In this document: positions 10,389 through 18,932 of the stretch, in pieces
How the letters are laid out: every line of letters starts with the position of its first letter
Position numbering within the stretch: the first letter of the stretch is position 1
Source: a virus
Virus record (IMG/VR): IMGVR_UViG_3300045988_183127
DNA length: 64,000 bases
Reading direction: 5' to 3' (one strand)
Position numbers and translations under genes: made by a program
The notes under the pieces: generated by a model
Database searches by the model: none
Told to the model about the DNA's origin: nothing
Seen by the model: only the letters and a program-made list of their open reading frames with translations

Positions 10389-12074
10389 TTAGCATTTGCG
10401 TACTATTGAAGGTGCTGACATATCAGGGTTAATGAATTTCTTGCATAAATGTTCAATTCCGGTTGTTGAATCAAGCCAATATAAATAATCCCCGTCATTA
10501 TCTACCAGATATTCATTAATAGAATCAAGAACATCGTTTACTTCGGAAACAGTACAAATAAATCTATATGAAGACTTATTTTTCTTTAAAGGTTTAACAG
10601 ATTTAGCAATAATCTGATATACAGTTTCGTCATCTGAAGATCTAAAATCATCTACTTGAATTTTTCCTGATAAACATAATTTAGCATCATTAACAAGTAA
10701 GTCTCTAATATTTGCATAATCTTTAGAAAAACATACACCATTAATAGAACCTGTTTTATCTTCTACCTCAAAAGTTACCCATTCGTATCCATTTCTATCC
10801 TTTCTTACAACAAGATTTTTAATTATACCAGATACATCGTTAACTTCTGTTGAAATATCAGAAATGGGATCTGTATAAATATTATACTCATCAATTGGAT
10901 GCCCTGTAATATAAACGCCTAACACTTCTTTTTCATCATTTAGAATCTGACCTAAATCATCTTCTACATAATCAATATCTATATTTTCAAGATCATCTTC
11001 TAAGCTTTCTATAACTGTCTTAGCTGAATTGATACGTTTAATTATGGAATCTTTAGTTGGCATCTTTTTTGAAGTAACTTGAAAGGAAATATTTTCTTCT
11101 GAAATTCTTTCCTTAAACTCATCAAGATCAATATAATCTTCCACAAATTCAATAACTTTACTTGCGTTTTCAATAAACTTACTCTTCTCTCTGATTTTCT
11201 TAATTGTATCCTGAATTTCTTTCATACAAATCATATCTAATGATATCATTGTTCTTGTATAACCAAGGCAATCGAAAGCACCTGCTTTAATTAAGGAACT
11301 TAATGCTTCTGCATTAATATTTGTTCGTTTGATAAAATCCTTAATATCAGAATATTCTCCATTAACATTTCTATCTTCAATAATTTTAGCTGCTTCTGCT
11401 CCAACATTCTTAATATTACTCAGACCATACAAAATGTTCCCATCTACAACATCACAATGTAAATTTGAAGCATTAATGTCCGGAGGCAATACCTTTACTC
11501 CAAAATCAAGGGCATCACTAATATCATCAGCGACTTCATCAATCTTATCAGTATGATTTATTACATTTGTAAGATAATAAGCCGGATAATAATACTTAAG
11601 AAAAGCTGTCCAATATGATGTAACAGCATAAGCAGTGGCATGTGACTTATTAAACGCATACTTAGCAAAGTCAACCATTGCATCCCAAATCTTATGAGCT
11701 ATAACTTCTGGAATTCCATTTGCAATACAACCTGGTACTAATGCTTCATTTTCTTTTTTAGTATCAGCATTACCATATACAAAAGTGTGTCTTTCAGCAT
11801 CAATCTCATCCTGATGTTTTTTTGACATAGCTCTACGGACTAAATCAGAACGCCCCCATGTATATCCTGCTAAATCACGAACAATCTGCATTACCTGTTC
11901 CTGATAAACTATCTGTCCATAAGTAGTTGACAAAATTGGCTCTAATTGAGGACATAAATATTTAATCTTAGATGCATCCTTTTTACCTTCTATGAAATCA
12001 GGTATAAACTTTTCAGGACCAGGACGATATAAAGCATTCATTGCTATTAAATCTTCAATACCTGTTTTATTCAT
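10389..12074 (-). CDS. DNA polymerase III alpha (DnaE-like) C-terminal half: fingers/OB, separately encoded
   Basis: begins IEDLIAMNALYRPGP, has YGQIVYQEQVMQI, FNKSHATAYAVTSYWTAFLKYYYPAYY and an OB-fold-like region. Confidence 0.85.
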   Translation of the reverse strand: MNKTGIEDLIAMNALYRPGPEKFIPDFIEGKKDASKIKYLCPQLEPILSTTYGQIVYQEQVMQIVRDLAGYTWGRSDLVRRAMSKKHQDEIDAERHTFVYGNADTKKENEALVPGCIANGIPEVIAHKIWDAMVDFAKYAFNKSHATAYAVTSYWTAFLKYYYPAYYLTNVINHTDKIDEVADDISDALDFGVKVLPPDINASNLHCDVVDGNILYGLSNIKNVGAEAAKIIEDRNVNGEYSDIKDFIKRTNINAEALSSLIKAGAFDCLGYTRTMISLDMICMKEIQDTIKKIREKSKFIENASKVIEFVEDYIDLDEFKERISEENISFQVTSKKMPTKDSIIKRINSAKTVIESLEDDLENIDIDYVEDDLGQILNDEKEVLGVYITGHPIDEYNIYTDPISDISTEVNDVSGIIKNLVVRKDRNGYEWVTFEVEDKTGSINGVCFSKDYANIRDLLVNDAKLCLSGKIQVDDFRSSDDETVYQIIAKSVKPLKKNKSSYRFICTVSEVNDVLDSINEYLVDNDGDYLYWLDSTTGIEHLCKKFINPDMSAPSIVRKC

Positions 12075-12110
12075 TTTAAATTTCTCCTTTCAATTCATAA
12101 CTATATAATT

Positions 12111-12120
12111 TATGACAGAA
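12111..12120 (-). promoter_or_regulatory. TTCTGTCATA box (representative type A: terminator hairpin + T-run + box)
   Basis: box 38 nt upstream of DnaE C-terminal gene ATG; hairpin AGCGTCCAA/TTGGACGCT at 12131-12150 abuts it. Confidence 0.6.
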
Positions 12121-12160
12121 AATTAAAAAAAGCGTCCAATTTTGGACGCTTGCATAAATA

Positions 12161-12466
12161 TTAAAAAGAATACTTGTTACATATATTTTCTTTTATATAA
12201 GTGATCAAATTTTTAGCATAATCTATTCTGTCTTTTAATTTATCAATATCATTAATATCATATGAAATATTACCAGTAATACTAATATAAAAATCATCTT
12301 TTATGGTTTTAATTTCAATATCATAATATGGAATCTTTGGAGTAAAAAAAAATCTTATGACTTTACCTGTTCTTGAATCTCTTCTTAATAGAATTTTATA
12401 TGTTTTATTATCGTATTCATCTATTATCCATGGACCGGATTCATATGTTCTAATAAAAGTTACCAT
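12161..12466 (-). CDS. hypothetical protein
   Basis: 101-aa ORF. Confidence 0.45.
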   Translation of the reverse strand: MVTFIRTYESGPWIIDEYDNKTYKILLRRDSRTGKVIRFFFTPKIPYYDIEIKTIKDDFYISITGNISYDINDIDKLKDRIDYAKNLITYIKENICNKYSF

Positions 12467-12849
12467 TATCTTATTTCTTCCTCTCTGTTATCTTTATTAA
12501 TTTTAGTATGAATTACATCTGGCATAATTTTATCTTCATCATCTTCTCCGCCTAAATCTAAATCAATATCTGATAGTTCATTTGTGTCAATATTGTTTGT
12601 TATATTACTAATATTAACACTTTTACAATTTTGAGTCATTGCCTTTATAACATCATCTATAGTTTTAGCATCTCTACCGATTCCGTCAAGATAAAAAGCA
12701 GCCGTTACCTGGGCGCAAAAATCTGCGATTATATGTCTATCAGTTGTTTCAGGGCAAAACTTAGGAACATTATAATATTCACAATCTCTATTGATTTGGG
12801 AACACGCAGCTATTGCAGCTTCATGTTTAATTCTCCGATTTTTATCCAT
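12466..12849 (-). CDS. hypothetical protein
   Basis: 127-aa ORF. Confidence 0.45.
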   Translation of the reverse strand: MDKNRRIKHEAAIAACSQINRDCEYYNVPKFCPETTDRHIIADFCAQVTAAFYLDGIGRDAKTIDDVIKAMTQNCKSVNISNITNNIDTNELSDIDLDLGGEDDEDKIMPDVIHTKINKDNREEEIR

Positions 12850-13046
12850 AGACTGAATAGCTTCTCGTAATTCTTCTCCCTCAAGTGTAGCATATTTAAT
12901 TGGAGTTGAATAGTTTTGATGATAAACAATCTGTACATATTCTCCAAATGCGCCATATTGTAATTTAACATATCTAAATCATTCTCTCTATATTCATTAT
13001 CTGGCGAATTTATTGCATTTACTAATTCCTTAAATTCTTTAATCAT
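12810..13046 (-). CDS. hypothetical protein
   Basis: 78-aa ORF overlapping next gene by 40 nt; box 41 nt upstream. Confidence 0.35.
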   Translation of the reverse strand: MIKEFKELVNAINSPDNEYRENDLDMLNYNMAHLENMYRLFIIKTIQLQLNMLHLREKNYEKLFSLWIKIGELNMKLQ

Positions 13047-13146
13047 ATTTTTTTACTCTCCTTCCATTTATTGTTATAATAAATAAATGACAGAAAAATA
13101 AAATAACAAGTACCCATTAATAGGTACTTGTTATTAAGCATTTGTT

Positions 13147-13593
13147 TTAATTTGAATTACTCTTATCATGTACAAAATATAATTTTTGTATTAATTCAGA
13201 TTTTCTTTTTTCATACTGAAATAAATCATTACATTCACATGATAAAAAACTTGCAGCAGAATCAATCTGTTTTACAATTTCCTTTACTATACAATCAATG
13301 ATTTCCTTTGGTGATTCCAATAGTTTAATTAGGCCTAAATGCTCCCCTTCATGAATTATGAAAGCTGTATCTGGTGTCAAAACTAGCGTTGCTGTAGAGC
13401 CTTCAGAATCAAAATAACAGGATGCCGTATTATTGTTATAATAATTAATGCACATATCTAATAAGTCATTTGGGACATCAGTTAAATATGAAGCGTTCAC
13501 TCTACAATTTGTCTTTTCGAATTTAATATTACACCAACCATTTGTTAAAATTTCAATTATCATGATTTTCTCCTTAAATATAATTATAGGCAA
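13147..13593 (-). CDS. hypothetical protein
   Basis: 148-aa ORF. Confidence 0.45.
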   Translation of the reverse strand: MPIIIFKEKIMIIEILTNGWCNIKFEKTNCRVNASYLTDVPNDLLDMCINYYNNNTASCYFDSEGSTATLVLTPDTAFIIHEGEHLGLIKLLESPKEIIDCIVKEIVKQIDSAASFLSCECNDLFQYEKRKSELIQKLYFVHDKSNSN

Positions 13594-14465
13594 ACAATGT
13601 TGCCATTTTTAAGTATACTTATAATACTGTTAAGTTCATACAAACCTAATATCTGCTCACTAATTTCATTTAACATATTATCTGATACATTAGCGTTATA
13701 AGCATCAAGTTCTACATCTGTTTTTATTGTTGCTAAAATTTTTGACAACAAAATATTATCTTCACTATTTATTAAACAAGTTGAAATACTTTTTCCTTTA
13801 GACATATTAGATTCAATATCTGAAATATTCATATATATGTTAAACAAATTTCCATACTTATGTATTAGTTTACTTGCAGTTTTAGGACCAATACCTGCAG
13901 CTCCAGGAATATTATCCGATTTATCTCCCATTAATGTTTTTACATCAATAAACTGTTTAGGAGTAACGGAATACTCATTCATAATTTCTACCGGAGTCCA
14001 AATATCTTCCGGATTGTTTGGAACAACTAATGATACTAAATCATTACATAATTGTAACAAATCATGATCTGCAGATATAATATTAACCTTATTTCCGGCT
14101 TTACTTTCAATGGTTGAAATTGTTCCTATAATATCATCTGCTTCATATCCTTCTTTTTCAATAACACATATATTCATTGTTTTAAGAATAGGAACAATAG
14201 CCTGTCTCTGAATCTTAAATTCTTCCGGTGCAGGATCTCTAGTTGCCTTATACCCGTTATACATTAAATGCCTGAAAGTTGGCTTTGCAGTATCAAACGC
14301 AACAATTAATTCATCAGGACTATACTTTTCTTTCATATATAGAATTGTATTTAAAGCTCCTTTAATTGCATTAGTCGGAAATCCCTTTGAGGTTTTTAAT
14401 TCTGGAACACCGTAAAAAGATCTTCTGAGAATATAATTCCCATCAAAAATCATAATATTTTTCAT
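13584..14465 (-). CDS. 5-3 exonuclease / flap endonuclease (PolA N-terminal-like)
   Basis: H3TH motif LMGDKSDNIPGAAGIGPKTASKL; start reassigned to MKNIMIFDG because SD AAAGGAGAAAA and the box lie just upstream (track start 14540 lacks both). Confidence 0.85.
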   Translation of the reverse strand: MKNIMIFDGNYILRRSFYGVPELKTSKGFPTNAIKGALNTILYMKEKYSPDELIVAFDTAKPTFRHLMYNGYKATRDPAPEEFKIQRQAIVPILKTMNICVIEKEGYEADDIIGTISTIESKAGNKVNIISADHDLLQLCNDLVSLVVPNNPEDIWTPVEIMNEYSVTPKQFIDVKTLMGDKSDNIPGAAGIGPKTASKLIHKYGNLFNIYMNISDIESNMSKGKSISTCLINSEDNILLSKILATIKTDVELDAYNANVSDNMLNEISEQILGLYELNSIISILKNGNIVCL

Positions 14466-14573
14466 TAATTTTTCTCCTTTATAATTTTTAATATATTTAT
14501 GACAGAAAAAAAGCAGGAAACATAAGTCTCCCGCTTTCAAAAAATCTTATTCAGTTATGAAAAATTAAGATAT

Positions 14574-14831
14574 TCAATTTCTTTCACTTAAGAATTTTTC
14601 CACAGCATCTTCAACAGCTTCATATTCAGTAAGACCGTTACCTTCTGCGTAAGTATCATAAGCTGCTTCACCAATATCAATATAATCATTCTCAGTAATA
14701 TCAGAATGATACTGAGGCTGAATAATCTCTTTAGCTGTATTAATCATCCATGTTGAAACAAATTCCTTATGAGCCTTATAAATCTCATCATCTGTTAATT
14801 TTATTTCCTTACCATTTCTTATTATTGCCAT
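14574..14831 (-). CDS. hypothetical protein
   Basis: 85-aa acidic ORF. Confidence 0.45.
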   Translation of the reverse strand: MAIIRNGKEIKLTDDEIYKAHKEFVSTWMINTAKEIIQPQYHSDITENDYIDIGEAAYDTYAEGNGLTEYEAVEDAVEKFLSERN

Positions 14832-14843
14832 TATTTATTCTCC

Positions 14844-15113
14844 TTAGTTGTTATTATTTTCATCAGAATTATCATATATGACGCTTTCAATTATATTAAC
14901 TGCTGTATCTACATAAATAACTTCCTCGCCATCATCGTTAGAATATCCATCGTCATCATATGTACTTTCAGTCAGCCAACTTGCCTCAGAAACTTCTTTA
15001 GAAGCTTCTGAAATCTCGCTTATTAAAGTATTTTTAATGATATTCAACATATTCTTTTCTGTTTCTGATTCTGAAGTTTTAATAAAGTCATTTATAATAT
15101 TTAAAGTTTTCAT
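14844..15113 (-). CDS. hypothetical acidic protein
   Basis: 89-aa ORF. Confidence 0.4.
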   Translation of the reverse strand: MKTLNIINDFIKTSESETEKNMLNIIKNTLISEISEASKEVSEASWLTESTYDDDGYSNDDGEEVIYVDTAVNIIESVIYDNSDENNNN

Positions 15114-15128
15114 AAAATTCCTTTCTTT

Positions 15129-15587
15129 TTACAATGTACTTTTTATAACCTTAACAGGTTCTAATCTGCCGTTTATAAATGAAGCAGTTCCTAATGTTTT
15201 ATCAGTATTTTTAGAAGATTCAAAGAAATCATTTGCCATATCCTCATTTGAAAAATATGAATATTCTCCTGAATTGTCTCCGCAATCTGACTCATATCCT
15301 ATCCAAACATAATAAAATGAAAATCTTTCAAGGCTATCACTGTTGTCAGGGATTTCTCCATCCCAATCATCATTTTCTTTTATATCTTCTTCTAATTCAT
15401 ATTTAAACTCGCTCATCATATTAGGATCGTCTAAATACACACATTTATGGTAATTATCAACTGCAATTGCGCATTTCTGTCCTAATGGATGCAGTAAATA
15501 ATTCTTAGGCACTTCCAATAATGCTCCTATCATATCATTTACTGTTTCTAAGTTATTTTCCTTAATTTCAAATGCATTAGTTTTCAT
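15129..15587 (-). CDS. hypothetical acidic protein
   Basis: 152-aa ORF. Confidence 0.45.
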   Translation of the reverse strand: MKTNAFEIKENNLETVNDMIGALLEVPKNYLLHPLGQKCAIAVDNYHKCVYLDDPNMMSEFKYELEEDIKENDDWDGEIPDNSDSLERFSFYYVWIGYESDCGDNSGEYSYFSNEDMANDFFESSKNTDKTLGTASFINGRLEPVKVIKSTL

Positions 15588-15671
15588 AATTTTATTCTCC
15601 TTTTTAAATTTTATAATAATACAATGACAGAAAAATAAAAAAACTGGCTACTAATAGTAACCAGTTTAATT

Positions 15672-16661
15672 TTATAACTTTACAATTTTCTCATTAACTT
15701 CCATTCTAAATGTATTGATTTTGTCTATATCCGGCTCATCTGGCAATACAGAGTTTTTACATGCATTTTCAAACTTATTCTTGTATTCATCTACTATTTC
15801 AAAGAAATGTTTATTAGGGATTCCATTTTCATCAAGATATACACCATTTCTAATATCCATCAACAAATCATGTTCTTTAATTCTTTTCGTTTGAATTTTC
15901 CCTTCAGAAACTAAATCAATTCCCATCATATACAATCTAAGTAAATGCATACTATGTTTTGCTATTTTACCATGATTTAATGCATGTTCATTCCTTTTAC
16001 TTGTTTTCCGATAATCTCTTAAAGTGTTATTAAATTCCGAAAGCATTCCTGACAAATCTTCTATTGAACACTGTGTTGCAATAATATTGCATTTGATTTT
16101 GCCATCAACCAAATAAAAAGACACATTATTTTCATCTAAATTGTACTTATCGTTCATTTTCTTGGACATATTATTAAGCACTCCAGAAATGTGTCTATTT
16201 AATTCTTCTTCCGTTAAAGCAGCGTTAGTCTTCTGCTGCATACGGTATAACTGTTGTAATGCATATTCACTAAATGTATTAATACATCTATTCGATAAAA
16301 AAATATCTTTATTTTTTAATAAAAGCTCCCCAATTTCATTTTTATAAATATAATCATCTGTATCTAATCCTAAAAGTTCAATAGTGTTTGGATTGCATTT
16401 TGTTAATAAATCAATAATTTTGTCAAAACTATAAATAGTTGTATCTGTATTAACGTCTACAAAATTTTCAAAATCATTACCTAACAAGATATCTTCTTTT
16501 CTTCTAACAGCAACTCCTCTTATATCAATATCGCTTTCTGGAAGATTTGTCCCATATGCTCTGCTACCACCTAATCCAAGTATACAAATATTCTTATCTA
16601 AATTTTGATTTTCCTTTAAAAATGAATACTCAGGCATATTTAATATATTTTTATTTATCAT
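15672..16661 (-). CDS. Pol-beta superfamily nucleotidyltransferase
   Basis: GLGGSRAYGTNLPESDIDIRGVAV (GS..SDxD) near N-terminus, second acidic cluster LDTDD ~55 aa later. Confidence 0.55.
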   Translation of the reverse strand: MINKNILNMPEYSFLKENQNLDKNICILGLGGSRAYGTNLPESDIDIRGVAVRRKEDILLGNDFENFVDVNTDTTIYSFDKIIDLLTKCNPNTIELLGLDTDDYIYKNEIGELLLKNKDIFLSNRCINTFSEYALQQLYRMQQKTNAALTEEELNRHISGVLNNMSKKMNDKYNLDENNVSFYLVDGKIKCNIIATQCSIEDLSGMLSEFNNTLRDYRKTSKRNEHALNHGKIAKHSMHLLRLYMMGIDLVSEGKIQTKRIKEHDLLMDIRNGVYLDENGIPNKHFFEIVDEYKNKFENACKNSVLPDEPDIDKINTFRMEVNEKIVKL

Positions 16662-16683
16662 ATTCTCTTTCCTATCCTTGTAA

Positions 16684-16740
16684 TTGAATTACCCACAACT
16701 GGCTATTGTCGGTTGTGGTTTTTTTGCTTAATTGCGATAA
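16684..16740 (-). repeat. divergent copy (c5) of 57-bp 5-prime UTR repeat family
   Basis: TTATCGCAATTAAGCAAAAAAACCACAACCGACAATAGCCAGTTGTGG on gene strand, directly upstream of the nucleotidyltransferase SD. Confidence 0.5.
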
Positions 16741-16750
16741 TATCATTCTT

Positions 16751-17383
16751 TTATTTTCTAACAATAGCAGAAAAATCTACTGACTGTAAAATCTTAATGA
16801 TATCTTCTACTTCAGGACTTCTCCATGCAGTCATAGCATAGGTATGAGCGTACTCATCGTAATGATAATGATTTGCCTTTAGATGTTCAGCGGCTGCCTT
16901 TTCTGTTAAAAACATTGTGTTTTCATAAATTTTATCTCTATATGCATAACAGGTGAAAGTATATCTGCCATAATTATGCTCATTCAACCAAGTCTTTAAA
17001 TCATCAAGATCAGCTAAACATTCCTCATAATCATTATCTTCTTTTGATGTAACATAATATCCATCATATTCTTTTGAAATAACCCAAGAATCACCGTTTT
17101 CTTCAAATTCCTTATTAAAAAATACAATTGCATCATCAATATTATCAGCAACTTCTTCTACAGCTTCATTATCGATTAGTGTTACACCGTCTTCATATCC
17201 TTCTGGAACAATACACTTTTCTTTTCCCATAATAACCCAAAATCGAGGATCAGCTTGTCCTACATGGTCCTGTGTATTTAATTCATGCTGCAAATCAGAC
17301 AAAAATTTAATTTCTTTATCTGTAATTTTATGTTTCTCTACTGTGTCTGGATGGTATTGTAAATGTTCATGAAATATTGCCAT
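16751..17383 (-). CDS. hypothetical acidic protein
   Basis: 210-aa ORF. Confidence 0.45.
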   Translation of the reverse strand: MAIFHEHLQYHPDTVEKHKITDKEIKFLSDLQHELNTQDHVGQADPRFWVIMGKEKCIVPEGYEDGVTLIDNEAVEEVADNIDDAIVFFNKEFEENGDSWVISKEYDGYYVTSKEDNDYEECLADLDDLKTWLNEHNYGRYTFTCYAYRDKIYENTMFLTEKAAAEHLKANHYHYDEYAHTYAMTAWRSPEVEDIIKILQSVDFSAIVRK

Positions 17384-17410
17384 ATTTTTCTCCTTAAACT
17401 TTATTTATTT

Positions 17411-17647
17411 TTATTCAGTATAGTATTGAAATGCACAATCATACATTTGTTTCCCAGTTATCTGATCTACAAATATAGGGCAATGCCAATCCTTATCAAA
17501 TTCTGTTTCCTTACACCATTCATTAATAACTCTAGTAGTAATTGGTGTGACAAATACATATAAATCTGATTCATGGTGAAATATATCTTTTGCAGAATAT
17601 CCAGCCTCAATAAACCGTTGCATAAGAGTTTTATTATTTTTCTCCAT
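17411..17647 (-). CDS. hypothetical protein
   Basis: 78-aa ORF. Confidence 0.4.
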   Translation of the reverse strand: MEKNNKTLMQRFIEAGYSAKDIFHHESDLYVFVTPITTRVINEWCKETEFDKDWHCPIFVDQITGKQMYDCAFQYYTE

Positions 17648-17696
17648 AATATTGTTCTCCTTTATTTATTATAATTTAAAAGAAATATGACAGAAA

Positions 17697-17725
17697 AAAC
17701 GCACATCATAATGACATGCGTTTTA
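17697..17725 (-). terminator. intrinsic terminator after the DnaE N-terminal gene
   Basis: stem AAAACGCA/TGCGTTTT followed by a T-run on the gene strand, fused to the TTCTGTCATAT box. Confidence 0.6.
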
Positions 17726-17751
17726 ATACAAAATATTCAATTAACTATTCA

Positions 17752-18507
17752 CTATGAGCATAACTTCTTAAGGTTATTCCTCATACCGGCTGACTCAAAC
17801 TGGAAAACATTCTTAGTTCTTCCTTTTGCATATACTTCTTTGTATACCTTATCAGCTTTAGGACCCTCTAATGGAATATTCATTACATCAATTACTTCTC
17901 CTGTATCTCTCTGAATCATTCTGAGTGTGTCAGTAATAATTGTAAGAGTTTTTAATCCAAGAAAATCCATTTTTAATAATCCATTAGCTTCGCACTGAAT
18001 CATGTCCATTTCTGTAGTTTTAATTCCCTTTTTTCCATCTCTAATAGGAATATAATCAGTAACATCATTACTATCATAAATAATAACACCTGCGGCATGT
18101 TGTCCGTATGTCGTAAGCATACCTTCACAATGAGCTGCAATATTAAGAATAGAAATAGCATCTGGATTACTATTATATTCATCCTTTAAGAAATCTAACA
18201 AAGAAATGCTGTCCTGAATATTAATGCCTAATTCATCAACCTTATTAGTATCTTTCATGCCAACAATATCTTCAAAATTAGTTGCTTTAGCAGGCACTTT
18301 CTTACGAATCTGATCTCCTAAAGATAAGAATTTCTTTTCATCATCATAAGCTTTCTTTCCATAATATCTTGCAGCATCTCTGATAGCACCTTTAGCCTGC
18401 TGTCTTGATTCTGTAATAATTCCAACAACAGCTTCACTACCATATTTAGCTCTTACATACTCAATTGTCTTTTCTCTTACTCCAAGAGCAAGATCGCTAT
18501 CGATATC
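17752..18507 (-). CDS. DnaE-like polymerase N-terminal gene, exon 2
   Basis: begins DIDSDLALGVREKTIEYVRAKYG...AKGAIRDAARYY, ends FQFESAGMRNNLKKLCS*; track start is a TTG inside the intron. Confidence 0.8.
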   Translation of the reverse strand, partial: DIDSDLALGVREKTIEYVRAKYGSEAVVGIITESRQQAKGAIRDAARYYGKKAYDDEKKFLSLGDQIRKKVPAKATNFEDIVGMKDTNKVDELGINIQDSISLLDFLKDEYNSNPDAISILNIAAHCEGMLTTYGQHAAGVIIYDSNDVTDYIPIRDGKKGIKTTEMDMIQCEANGLLKMDFLGLKTLTIITDTLRMIQRDTGEVIDVMNIPLEGPKADKVYKEVYAKGRTKNVFQFESAGMRNNLKKLCS

Positions 18508-18932
18508 CAAATATACCCCTACTTTCGTAGTACTTTAACACTTGTATAAGTGGGATTAGACTATATCTCAATATAATATTGTTAATATTATATTTCAACG
18601 CACTTCCAACTGTAACCATTCTCAGTTGTACTCCTTAAAAAGGATAGTCGTTACACTTTAAAATAAATAATATTATATACGAACAATTTTTTATTTATAT
18701 AATATTATTTATAATCTTAGCACGGTATCGCCTGCTATCCTTCAATATCTTTTATATAAAAATATTAGGACCGTAGGTTCTCTTACGAAGCTGCTTCGTC
18801 TATGGGTTAAGCTATATATCCTGTTGTGACACTTTATATAGCAGTCTTATTCAACTTCTACCGTTAGCACTTAATAATAAAATATTAAGCACACCTCTGA
18901 GTTAGAGTCCACGCTGAACGCCCAATATATTT
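18508..18932 (-). ncRNA. putative group I self-splicing intron (ORF-less, ~425 nt) in the DnaE gene
   Basis: interrupts the conserved ERVSMP|DIDxD motif; exon 1 ends with U, intron ends with G; GC-rich structured-looking sequence with stops in all frames. Confidence 0.6.

Noticed and set aside
17752-18510. Split intein (trans-splicing) explanation for the two-piece DnaE
   Set aside because: The N-piece ends KKLCS followed by TAG then TGA. There is no ~100-aa Cys-initiated N-intein, and the C-piece starts directly with extein sequence after MNKTG (no HN-ending C-intein).
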